Below, one piece after another: positions 38,071 to 49,786 of a stretch of 64,000 nt of DNA. Made by a program: the position numbers and the translations under genes. The stretch is from contig NIVC01001451.1 of NCBI GenBank assembly GCA_002269645.1, forward strand, positions 1-64,000. Reading direction: 5' to 3'. The notes beneath the pieces were generated by a model. That model was given only the letters and a program-made list of their open reading frames with translations, was not told the DNA's origin and made no database searches. Every line of letters begins with the position of its first letter. Within the stretch, counting starts at the first letter, position 1. This stretch comes from Macrostomum lignano. Taxonomy: Eukaryota.

Positions 38071-38843
38071 TTTGCACAAAGAATTATCCAACAGTCGAAA
38101 AAGGAACTGATAAAAAGTATCAATCAAACTTTTTCTAAGCAATGATAAGCTTTAACTTTAAGACAACAAAATAGGCTCAACAAATCACAAAGTATATATG
38201 TTGAAATAAAAGTAGCCACGAAAAAACACCACCTCCCCTCCAGCCCAGTACATTGTACTCAATTTTGCATTCATTTTTATTTTTATTACACAATCTAATT
38301 GGCTGGACACACAACCCACCCCAATCACTCCCGTGCCCAGCATTAAAGCACACACTGCACCCTCTGCTGTAAGCTAAGGTCTCCTCACTTTTCTCACCTG
38401 ATACTTTTGTTTGTTTGCTATCTCGTTTTATGGTGACACAATTCTCACCGACTGACTCAGCAAGTGTAGGCAATACTTTAAGAGTTCGCGGTCGCATGTA
38501 CTTCACTGTACAAACAAAACTTGTATGGCGCGGCTGACTGGTTCAGCCATTTTCGCACCTTCTAAGCCGGGAAAGAAAAACAGGCGACCCTCAAGTCAGG
38601 CTGCATGGCCACCAGTACGCTAGACAATTTGTAGACCAATCGCCGCTCTAAAGCCCCGACCTGCACACCCTCGCTTGCACAACCGACCAATAGGAAGCCT
38701 CAGACTTGTACAGAAAACCACCCTAAGGCTCAGCGAAGCGACGACGCACAACCCATAACCCCTATTTTATTCGCCCCTACACCTCAGTTTCAGTGCCTAT
38801 ATAGTCTGATTCGTTTTTAGAGTCATAATAATAAAAAAATAAG

Positions 38844-39417
38844 ATGCATATTACACAAATATTCGGCGGCGGTAGAAGGCGAGGCGGCAGCGGTAGGCGA
38901 GGCGGCTGGCAGCGCGGCAGCGGCCCACGCGGAAAGAGTAGTGAGTACCTTCCTAAGACACTGTAAATCTTCAGCTTTGAGTACATTCGAGTATAGTCCT
39001 AAATTTAATCTAATTGTAGCCTGTTACCGACTTTCATGCTACTCGTATTATTACTGATAAATTTTGCAAAAATTTCCCTTCTTTTAATTGCCAGTCGTTT
39101 GTTTCTTCTGCGGAGGCCGCCACCGCGTAGCCAGCTGCAACGCGATGAAGGCCGCCGCCCGCCTTCTGCAGCAGCAACAGCAGCAGCAACAGCAGCAGCA
39201 GCAGCCGCAGCAGCCGCAGCAACAGGAGCAGCCGCAGCAACAGCAGCAGCATCAGCAGCCGCAGCAACAGCAGCAGCAGCAGCCGCAGCAGCAGCAACAG
39301 CAGCCGCAGCAACAGCAGCAGCAGCAGCCGCAGCAGCAGCAACAGCAGCAGCAGCAGCCGCAGCAGCAGCAACAGCAGCCGCAGCAACAGCAGCCGCAGC
39401 CAATGAATTTCCAATGA
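38844..39417 (+). CDS. Two-exon RGG-rich / CCHC zinc-knuckle / polyQ protein, unit 5
   Basis: Exons 38844-38940 and 39095-39417; same sequence as unit 4. Confidence 0.75.
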
Positions 39418-40661
39418 ATATTTATTTTAATATATATAAATAAACTATATCTTAGTAAACTATATTACTTTTTTGACTTTTGATTAAAATCCGCGATAGA
39501 CTTATTTATTTTTTTGGACTTTTGAAAGAATGGCGCACCAGTACAAAGTTTTGTGAACAGAATATTCTAATGCCATGAAATATTCAAAGTATAATTCATT
39601 CTCACCATAGCATGTCATGACAAAGAATGACCGTACATACACACTACCATTTCATACTGGCTTACTTTGAAAGTAGAACAATACGAAACTGCATGAATGA
39701 ATTCGCCGAACTATTAAACATTTATAAGTTTTTCGATTATTATACACAGTACAAAAAACTGTTTTATCCATCTTTAACTGCTATAACTAACAAAGAAGCA
39801 AACGGCAAATTAAATTTTAAACTATTAACAACCACAAATTGAAGTTTAAAAATTGAAACAAAAGTTAAACAAACACTTGTATTTATTCCAACGATATATG
39901 TATGATCTGCTTCTGACTACTAACGCTGAGCAAGTTTAATATTTCGTACAGATATTGAAAAATGTAATAATTTATTACAAAAGGATCGACTGTCGCTTCA
40001 GCAGATGATGCCATCGACAAGCAGCCAGTATAGCTTTAGCGGTACAAAAATGCACATGTATATGCCATCCTGACTACCTGCCGACTCGCGTCACTGCTCA
40101 ATTGCATGCATTCGGTGTAAGCAAATGTAGAGACATTCATTCTCAAACCAAACATTAAGTCGCTCAGCTCTGCTTAAGGCTGCTACAGAGCTTGACTGCA
40201 AATGCTCCTTTTAGAGTCTGGAACCACAGGGTATATAGAGCAGCTCCTATACACCATTCACAAACTCTTTTAGCCCAGTTAAGATGCAGTCAACCTACTC
40301 TCAATGAGGGCTGCTTCATAAATTCCAATTATACATACAGGTTTGACCTGCTTATACCTGTACTATATCTGTTTACTGACTGTATTTTATGGTCTGTTTA
40401 GAGGCTGTATTAGTGACTGTATTATTGTCTGTTTAGAGGCTGTATTGTCTGTTAAACGACTGTATTGTCTGTTTAAAGGCTGTATTGTGTGTTTAGAGGC
40501 TGTATTGTCTTTTTAGAGACTGCATTGTCTGTTTAGAGGCTGTATTGTCTGTTTAGAGGCTGTATTGTCTGTTTAGAGACTTTATTGTCTGTTTACTGAC
40601 TGTAGAGCTCTGAAATCACAAACACAAAAAAATCACAATGACAAAAATTATTGATTGAAAA

Positions 40662-41050
40662 TTGATTTTTACATGACGCTTCTATGATTTTTACCTGACG
40701 CTTCTATGATTGTTTACATGACGCTTCTATGATTTTTTACATGACGCTTCTATGATTTTTTACATGACGCTTCTATGATTTTTACATGACGCTTCTATGA
40801 TTTTTACATGATGCTTCTGATTTTTACATGACGCTTCTATGATTTTTTACATGACGCTTCTATGATTGTTTACATGACGCTTTTACGATTGTTTACATGA
40901 CGCTTCTATGATTTTTCATGACGCTTTTATGATTTTTACATGACACTTCTATGATTGTTTACATGACGCTTCTATGATTTTTTACATGACGCTTCTATGA
41001 TTTTTCATGACGCTTCTATGATTTTTACATGACGCTTCTATGATTGTTTA
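40662..41050 (+). repeat. About 22-bp minisatellite (TTTTTACATGACGCTTCTATGA)
   Basis: About 18 tandem units of 21-23 bp. Confidence 0.95.
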
Positions 41051-41152
41051 TACCTGTACTATACTATACTCTATACTATACTCTATACTATGACACCTTT
41101 AGTCCTTTAATTAGTCCTTTAATAAAAGCTTTCAATAAAAAAACATTTCTCT

Positions 41153-41212
41153 ACTAAGATTCGAACCCAGGTCGCGACATTGGCAGTCCAGTCTGTTCAC
41201 ATCTAGGCTAGC
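41153..41212 (-). other. tRNA-derived relic (A-box/B-box-like)
   Basis: The minus strand reads TAGCCTAGATG..CTGCCAA..GGGTTCGAATC; no complete cloverleaf. Confidence 0.4.
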
Positions 41213-41746
41213 TCTTATCGAATTTATAAATGAAATTGTAGCACCTATATAATTCAACACTCACTCACGAAGCAGTTATGACATAATCAATTTCCCAGGC
41301 AAGTCAGTATCAGTCTCAATTAAATTAAAGTTGACTGAATCAAGTCTGGTGCTACGCAATCTAAATCAAGTCTGGTGCTACGCTTCCACACTGCATTTTA
41401 AATACTGTGACGCAATTCAAGTCGGAGTTACAATTCAGTAATGATGCAATCTATTTCAGAATCAGAATTCAACCAGTCAATTTTTTCTCTTAGCATTCTT
41501 ATGCATTTCAAGTCGAAAAGTTTGCTTGACCTTTGCAAAAAAGCATGTTTTTCGAATATTTAATGCCTTCAGCATCGAGCAATTTCTTAGCCAAAATGCA
41601 TGTACCGAGACGCAAAAATTTGTGATCGAATGGTGCAAATTTGAAGAAAATCGGACAACGCATTCGCGTAAACGACGAGAAGACGGCTATTTTACATGGC
41701 ACCAATTGACATATATACATATAGTTTTGATTTTTAGTATATTTGA

Positions 41747-43580
41747 CTAGCCAATTCCAACCCCCGTTGGGGCTTTCCGTCAGAACTCCTACCAAAGTTT
41801 TTCCACGCAAAAGAAATTCACCCAACTGAACCCCCCCCATCCAAAGAATCTCTAATCCATAAAGTCCCTGATGCAAATAATCTCACATGCAAAAAACCCT
41901 CATCCAAAGAATCCCATACAAAGAACCCCCATCGACAGAATCCCCGATCCGAAGAATTGCCCATTCAAGGAATCCTCTATCTGTAGAATTCCCTATTTAA
42001 TGAATCGCCCATCCATCCCTATCTAAACAATCCCCATCCATCCCTATCCCAAGAATCCTCCTATTCATCCCTATCCAAAGAATTTCCCCATCCATTCCTA
42101 TCTAAATAATCACCTTAACCATCCATATCCAAAAAATTACTTCTCCAAAAAATCCCCCCTCTAAATAATTCACATCCTTAAATAATCCCCATCAAAAGCA
42201 TAATTGGCCAAAGAATCCAGAATCCTCTCATCTAAAAAACCCCCGTCAAATAACCCCCATCTAAAGAATCATTCATCTAAAGAATCCCCCATTCAAAAAA
42301 CCCTCAATCGAAACAATGCCCCACCGAAGAAATTGCCCAATGAATCACCTATCCAAATTTATCCATTAGAAGCATCCCTCATCCAAAGAATCATCAATCC
42401 ATAGAATTCCCCCAAGACTTAACATTTCAGCAATTTCCCCAAGCCTCGACACCTCAGAAATTTTCCCAAGCATTGACATCTAAGCAATTCCGGCGCAAGC
42501 CTTGACATGTTACCAATTTCTCCCCGTCCAAAGCCTTGACATCTCAGTAATTCCCCTCCCCAAGCCTTGATATCTCAGTAATTCTCCCAGTAAGCCTTCA
42601 TATCTCAGTAATTCCTCCAGTAAGTCTTGACATCTTAGCGATTCCCCTCCCCGAGACTTAAGACCTCAGCAATTCCTTTTTAAGCCTTCACACCTCAGCA
42701 ATTCCCCCCACAAGCCTTGGCATCTCAGCAAGTCCCATTTAAGCCTTCACATGTCATTAATTCCCCAAGGTAAGATTTTATACATGTATCTCAATAATTC
42801 CCCTTGTAAATCTTGACATCTTAAAATTCTCTTCCGAGCAAGCATACCCCAAGAGCAAGCGTCCTTCCGATAGCAAGCATCCCCTGATAGAAAGTACCCC
42901 AGCAAGATTAGGGATCAATTTCCTCAGCTAGCCAATTCCAACTCCCGTTGGGGCTTTCCGTCCAAACTCCAGCCACAGTTTTCCCACGCAATAAAATTTC
43001 ACCCAACTGAATCTCCCATACAAAGAATCCCTCATCCAAAGAATACACCACCCATAAAATCCACGATGCAAAGAATCTCACATGAAAAGAATCCGCCATC
43101 CAAAAAACCTCCCATCGATAGAATCACCGATCCGAAGAATTCCCCATTCAAGGAATTCTCCTATCTGAAGAATTGCCCATCCATAGAATCTTACATGCAG
43201 AGAATCCCCATCCAAAGAACCCCATCGATAGAATCCCCGATCCGAAGAATCCCCCTATCCATCCCTATCCAAAAAATCCTCGACCTCCATCCATATCAAA
43301 AAATCTCCCATCCAAAGAACCCCTATTAATAGAATCCCGGATCCAAAGAATTCCCCATTCAAGGAATTCTCCTATCTGAAGAATTTCCCATCCAATGCAT
43401 TGCCCATCCATAACATCTCATATGCAAAGAATCCCCTTCAAAAGAATCCCTATTAAAAGAGTCCCTCATTCACAGAGTCCCATCGAAAGAATCCCCACCC
43501 ATTCATATCCAAAGAATCCCCACCCATCCATATCCAAAGAATCCCCCACCCATCCATATCCTTTTAATCCTTTTAATCCC
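41747..43580 (-). repeat. Composite satellite element with Helitron-type 3' ends
   Basis: Conserved head CTAGCCAATTCCAAC(C/T)CCCGTTGGGG at 41747 and 42928. Degenerate AAGAATCCCCATCC arrays, then CCTTGACATCTCAGCAATTCCC arrays; higher-order period about 1.18 kb. Confidence 0.85.
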
Positions 43581-44198
43581 CGAAAACAGACTGCAGTAGT
43601 ACTCTTAGCAGCCTGCAGTTATCCACTTTGCCGTCTACAACTTTCATTAACATCAGCAAACTACAATAATTCACTCAGCAGTCCGCAGTTATCGCCTCAA
43701 CAACTTGCACTTAATACTTCACCGTTATTATCCACTTAAAACTCTTTAGATAGTTATCCCCTCAGCAGTTTGCAGCTATACACTCATAGGTCTGGAGGAA
43801 CTACCTCAGAAATCAGTATCAGCATCAGTATCCTCAGCAAACTGCAATGATCCTTTCAATAATGTAGAAATTAGCTCAGCATTGTATGGCTCACTAATCG
43901 ATTTTCGATACATATCGGCAATCTTTTGCATCACTCAGCATTTAGCAATACCTCAGCAGTTTAGCAGCATCGTCTGCAGTTTAGTAATTTAATACTTCCA
44001 TAGACCTAGATAATAACAATTAATGGGATCTTAGGATTTTACAAATCAAATCAAATTTGCTTAGTGGCTTGTGTGAGTAGCAAAAATAAATTATTGTAAT
44101 TAAAAAATATTTTTAAATTACTATTATTCAAAAAAATGTTCAAAATAGTCGAGGCACAAGCTACCAATGAATGAATTTATTTAATTTTAATTCACCGC

Positions 44199-44395
44199 TG
44201 GGGAGGCAGACTCGAACCTTGGACCTTACGCCTAGCCTAAACCTAGTCCTAATGGGCCCGTTCTATAAAGCCATCGTAAGATAAGATCGTTCTTAGCTCT
44301 TATCTCCGCAGTGTAAAAGTTCCGACGTACGTTCGAACTTACGCTACGACAGCTTTATAGTACGACCCCAATGTCTACACTGCGGCTATTCCGCC
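44199..44395 (-). mobile_element. tRNA-derived SINE-like head interrupted by a MITE
   Basis: An A-box-like TAGCCGCAGTG (about 44378-44388) and a B-box GGTTCGAGTC (about 44209-44218) are brought to tRNA-like spacing when 44254-44369 is removed. Confidence 0.45.
44254..44369. mobile_element. 116-bp MITE (PIF/Harbinger-like)
   Basis: Terminal inverted repeats GGGCCCGTTCTATAAAGC / rc GGGGTCGTACTATAAAGC (15/18), with a 3-bp flank AAT on both sides. Confidence 0.65.
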
Positions 44396-44885
44396 TACTG
44401 ATCGGAGGGCGCAAAAATCAGACATATATGCTTTGGCACCGCAGTCAAATACATAGCAGGGATAGGCTGCTCAGTGTGCACATGTTGTATGCAGGCAGAG
44501 CCAATGCACATGTTGAGTGAAATCTATTAATAGCAATTGTCTATGTAGTCCGCCAGTCAGCCAGAGTCAGAATGTACACACGCAGCCACTGAGCATTATT
44601 TTCCTCTCCCTTACTGCATCCAGTACTGAGGCCTACTACACAATGAAGAGAGAAAAGTTTGGCGCAATCTTAATTGGAATTGCTATTCAGTTAGTCAAGA
44701 TTTTGACCTTTTCTAGCCTCCCATTAAAAGCATTGGGAAAACTCGTTTTTCGAATATTTAACCATCTTCCCATTCGAATTTTTCAATGCAATTACACCCA
44801 CACAATCTCACAAGAATTTGGAATTGAATAAAGCAAGTTGAAAAAAATCGGTTCAGGCATTCAGGCTGTAGACTGGAATACCGGT

Positions 44886-45080
44886 CAGACAGACAGATCT
44901 TAGAGATTTAGTATAGTAAAATAAAGTATAGTATATTGTGATGATGATGATGATGAATGATGATGATGATGATTCCACAGACAGACAGACAGACTTTAGA
45001 GATTTAGTATAGTTGGATGAATAGGAAGGAAGGACTAGAGCGTTAAATCTGGACAGACAAATCTTAGTCATTTAGTATAG
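44886..45080 (+). repeat. Three (GACA)n..TTTAGTATAG modules with a (GAT)n microsatellite
   Basis: Modules end at 44916, 45012 and 45080. They resemble the microsatellite-bearing 3' ends of some non-autonomous animal Helitrons. Confidence 0.5.
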
Positions 45081-46769
45081 GTGGAAGACAGATCACATGG
45101 GAATCTGCGCCAAACACTGGCCACCGGACACAGCTATGGTGAAAAGCGACGATTCGAGGTCCTAGAGGATCCACCTTCTATTTTCGATGGAGTTCCTTCG
45201 TCTTGTCTTATCCACAACCAAGATATGGTTGCTTTGGATACCTATTTGTACTTAAGACTTTAGTATTTGGTTGATAAAATCTAGACTTCCTCGAAGCGCC
45301 CAGGAAACGATTTTTTACATTTTAGAACGAAATAGAGATGTGAAGGCGAGAAGTGTTTCTCTTTGGAGTCTTTGACGTACGAAGTGGCGATGATGCGATG
45401 AATTGGAGGAGTTTCAGCTGCGCGACACGACATCATATCTTCGTGGAATAGTGTGTGTGATTCCGTACAGGACTCTGAAACATTCAAGCGCCACTCCTAA
45501 GTGGTTACATTTTTCTGTAGGATTTATATTTGTTTTATTGGACTCCAACGAAGATACGCTTGTTCGATTGTCTATTTCGTCAAATTTTGCTATTCGCGCC
45601 TACAAAATGCATACGCCGCTTACTGTTCGTGACCTACTTATGGTTTTCAAACGCTGATATATTGGTCGCAACTAGATGCAATTATCGTACGATGCATAAA
45701 CTTTGAGTTTCAGTTAAGAACGAGATTTTGTATTTCACGAAAAGCAACATATTCGCTATTGAAAGCGCAGCGTTAGAGATTTCGGATCCAACTATAAAAC
45801 TCTTGCTAGTTAAAGCTAACACTGGGCTCACCGACTGCTCGCAGATATAGCACTCTATCATTCGGCAGTCGGCCTTACTTAACCTGATCAGTAACTCCGC
45901 CTATTCATACATTAGAACACTCATTCCATTGCCCCATCAGAGCATGCAACGACATCAACTCGAAGAAATGGGGAGCTGGGCATAGAGTATGATGCAATCA
46001 AAATTACGCGATAGGTTTTTCCAAGATTTCTGGTCCTCAGCGAAATTGTGTTCTGATGTTTGATGTTCGTACGTACAACCTTCCATTCGATACCGGTGCA
46101 AACGTCGCTAGCACGATGAGACGTGCTAGCGACGATGCCAGTCAGGCTGCACGAACAGTTCTAGCCATCATGGTAAAGCCTCTTTTTGGTGGAAAGCCGT
46201 TTGTCATCCGAATATTGTCCATTTTTCTTGTGGCTGCGGACTTTCTTCGACATCAGCTAAGTCACGGCGTGGAATCGAAAGTGTTTTTCTCATTTTCGGG
46301 ACAACCTTTACAACAAGCCCTGGATTGGGCAGAATTCCCTCACAGGAGTCCGTTTTCTGATGGCGTTCACATTCTTACTTTTAAAATCTGTTGAATCTTT
46401 TTTCGCATCTTTTTATTTTTCACATCTGTGCAATGATCATATCTGTTTAAAATTCACTTTTTTAAAGCCCACATCTGCTGTGTTAACTTTTTTCGTTTGT
46501 CTGTTCGGTATTCACTATTCACCCATAACAAATAGTCCTCATGTCACCTTATATGTTTTACTGCAATGTCTAGTAAATATACACTTTTTGTATATAGGCA
46601 TTTATACGAACTCTTTTTAAAAATATTTTCCAATGCACTTTCAAGGAAATATACAGCTAAAAGCTAAGAGCTAAAAACAAATTGATATAGCTACTGCTGC
46701 ATTTGCACGGCCATAGATTTAATCTTTTTGAAATTTACAAATTTTGTGCAACTTAGCACATAAACGAAG

Positions 46770-46983
46770 TGCTTTTTCGCGCCGTGATCACCCAACGACA
46801 TTCCGCTTGACGATCATTGATCATCATCTTTGCTGCAGAGCAACTGACTCCGGTAATCCCCTGTCAACACTCGTATGGATCTAATATGTAGGAACATTTT
46901 ATGCGGATATAAAATATTAGTGTAAAAAGTAAAGTCCTAATAAGCATGAACACAAAGGAACACAAGAAGTTTGTTCTGTCCTC
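46770..46983 (-). pseudogene. Diverged paralogous RPA-like exon 3 and adjacent intron
   Basis: Aligns by eye to 25360-25580 (GTGATCA..AACGACATTC, AACTGACTCCGGT, AAAGTCCTA.TAAGCATGAA). Confidence 0.7.
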
Positions 46984-47199
46984 TTAGCCATTTAGTTTGC
47001 GATTTCCAGACCCTAAAACCCGATGCCGATGCAGGCGGGAAGCGATGAAATTTCAGAGGGATCGGGAGGGGTGCCTGCATTTAGTCGGATGGATTGATTC
47101 CTGTGGGCTTGTATTCTTAACCAGATATTTCGACTTACACGTAAGCTTTCTAAGACGTATTTTGTTGTCGCTTCTTTGAAAATTTGCAACTGATCTCAA

Positions 47200-47602
47200 T
47201 GTAGTCTGCAATCAACACCTACAAGAAGGCGAAGAATACAATTGCTCCCTGACACTGGGCCATATAATTGCAGTGGTTACTGGTCTTGTAACCGAGTTGA
47301 AGGATGTCAAGTCCTACACGATAAGCAGTGGTCCAGGCCAAGTTTTTGCATTCGTCTGGGTAGACGACTGGGCAGAGATGACGACTCAGCGTTTTTGGCA
47401 AAGACATGCGGTCTGTCTGGGAAATTTACAGTACTTCCGATGCTGTTCGCATAGCCAGCAGAATAATTATAAGACGCCGATCCAAGATTCAACAACACGA
47501 ATTATCAATTGGAGATGACTCTGTCGACTACAAGATATCAATATGTCAAATCAATGACATTTCAATTGTTAAAGAATGTGCGTGCAACTACATGCAATTA
47601 TA
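47200..47602 (+). pseudogene. Diverged paralogous RPA-like exon 1
   Basis: VTGLVTELKDVKSYTISSGPGQVFAFVWVDDWAEM..SVFGKDMRSVWEIYSTSDAVRI matches array exon 1 (VTGLVTNLKDVHTY..GQVFSFILVDDSSEMRVSVFGKDLQAVWEVCNDAEAVRI); frameshifted. Confidence 0.85.
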
Positions 47603-48260
47603 AGTAACCTGAAAACATGCGACTGCAAGGGTGGGTTGCATTGGATCTATCTGCTACTCTACTTCTTCATCCACTATCCCACCTCTATCTACTAACCTTA
47701 TACCTCCATATCAACGAACCAACTTCTATCTACTAATCTTACGCGAGCACGCGAAGGCGTATTCAGCATGCCAGTGAAGTATGAGACAGACTAGGCCCAT
47801 GGGCTAAGGTCTGCGATGCTTCACGCCTGCCCCTATCTTCAGCAGGTCAAGGCTGGTGGGAGGTCTGCACCCTCTATTTGCCTCTGGCAGCCGCAGACCC
47901 CCCACGCTGTCTCGCAAGTCGACCCAGGGTACTCGTCCCCGCGTGTGTTCAAGGCAGTCCCTAGGGCTGCTGGACAGACTGGGCTCCGGCGCTGGCGACC
48001 CTATCCAGTGGCTTCGGCCGAATTTGGGTATGCGGGTCTGGCTCGCCAACCTGCAGGCCGTGGTACTGCTCAACGTACTCTCTAATGCCTAAGGTGTTGA
48101 CCGTGCCGATGGGCTGGAAGGCCGGGGAGTAGTCCGGTCGCAAGCGGTCCCCTCCTGGTGTCGGGCCAGCCTTGAGGGTGCTATTGGCCTACTGCCCGGT
48201 CAGGTGGAGCGGCCGGGTGGGTACCGCGCCCCTTTGAGGGTAGCCCACCAACCTTTTATC

Positions 48261-49786
48261 ATGGCCTTCGAGCCGCCTATGGATAACCAAACTAATTCTA
48301 GGGACGGGGACCCTTCTAAACCCCAACCTCAGTCCGAAGGACCGGCCGGCCCTGCTGGCAGATCCCAACCGACTGATTCAACTGTGGCAAAGGAAGGACC
48401 GGCTGGCTCTGCTGGCAGATCCGACCAGAGCTACCAAACTCATAATACCCAAAGACCTGCCAGCTCCGCTGGTGGATCTAAGGGAACCGCGAGCTCTGAG
48501 CCTAAAGGACCGGCCAAATCTGGCAGATCCGATGAAGCTCAGCGGGCTCGGCTTGAGCGCAAACGCGCTAAACAACGCGCCAAAAGGCAGGCCAAGAAGG
48601 GAGCTGCGGGGGCCAAAGCGGCGGCGTCCACCATGGATGCTGAAGCGACTGGCGTCCCAAGGCAACCAGACGGGCCGGCCGGTGGAAGCTCCGGTAGTTC
48701 AGCGGCGGCGCTCCCTGGAGATGCTGCTGCGGCTGCTGAGGCCGAAACCACGGCGCAACAAATGGCCACTGCCAACAAGGAGGTTCCTTCGGGAGCTACC
48801 TTTGCGGCGAAGGCCAAGGCCAAAATCCGGGAGTGATCATCCAAGGTCGCGACCAGGACTGGACCACTGATCAGCTTCAAAAAGTGTGGAGTGCTGTTGA
48901 CTCCTATCTGATTGAGCTGACTGTCGAGGAGGGAATCTCCATCGGCATTGAGCGGATGGTGCTGCGAAGCACATTCGTTCTTATTGCTCCTAGCAGCGAG
49001 GAGGACGCTCGGCAGCTGCTCCAGCGGCTACCGACGGTCTCCTTGGATGCTGACCTTGGCGGAGCTCTTTTTCTTCGCGAGGGCCAGCGTCCAAAGACGA
49101 TACCCTATGTGGTTTTCGTCCCTGCTAAGAGCACCGCAGCTGGACCAGACGTTATTCGCCGGGTCCTACTGCGTCTGAACCCCGACCTCCCTGCTAGTGG
49201 ACTGGTGTATCACCGTAAAGTCCGCAGGGGGGAGACGGGCAACTCAATTGTCCTCGGCCTTTCCAGCACTTGGGCGAGTCGGTACCCTAATGGATCCTCT
49301 TTCCAGCTGGGTGCCCTCAAGCTCAAGATGCGCCGAGGAAAGTCTGCCAAAGGGAAGGCTACTGCCAACCCCGGCATCTCCGGCAAGAGCGGGGCGCAGT
49401 CTAAGGCCCAAGGAAAGGCGCAAGCCGATCCCAAAGCCAAAGCTGCATCTCGCCCCTCTGCTAGCAGCAGTTCGGCGACCGCGGTAACGGCTCCGGCCAA
49501 GCCCCGGGAACCAAACCTGCCAGTCGGAGAAGGAGAAGGAGTTGAGGACGAGGCCGGGTCTTCGGAATCCGAGCTCTCCTCGGCCACCCTGGTGGGGTCT
49601 GAAGGTAAAGATGCAGGTGAGGAAGCTTCCTCCATCCTGTCATCGGAGCCTGAGGACTCTGCTGGGGGGCCGGTGGGGGTGAGGAGGCCATGGACGTCGA
49701 CCAACTCCCATCTCCCAGTCAAGCCCCAGCGGCCTGGGACGAGGACGATCTGTTGTCCAAGTCTCCTTGATGGCCCTGGGCTCTAG
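48261..49786 (+). pseudogene. Outer LINE ORF1 (frameshift near 48834)
   Basis: Low-complexity basic N-terminus, then TFAAKAK..IIQG..WTTDQL, which is homologous by eye to the inner ORF1 (TYAKVA..ICVR..LTTAQM). Confidence 0.8.

Larger units (their letters stand above)
14230..40604. repeat. Tandem array of 4.45-5.9-kb gene-bearing units (5 complete + 1 partial)
   Basis: The anchor ACAATACGAAACTGCATGAATGAATTCG occurs at 14230, 18682, 23134, 29033, 34377 and 39678, giving periods of 4452, 4452, 5899, 5344 and 5301. Diverged homologous sequence continues left to about 13780. Confidence 0.98.

Noticed and set aside
41153-41212. Functional tRNA gene
   Set aside because: Acceptor and anticodon stems do not pair; recorded only as a tRNA-derived relic.
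42204-43739. Pro/Ser/Lys-rich ORFs (also 62068-62385)
   Set aside because: Translations of degenerate AAGAATCCCCATCC satellite.
45081-45487. Possible Helitron Rep remnant (KCKKSFPGRFEE; IENRRWIL on the minus strand)
   Set aside because: Only a faint resemblance across broken frames; the HUH and catalytic Tyr motifs were not found. A tblastn or HMM search is needed.
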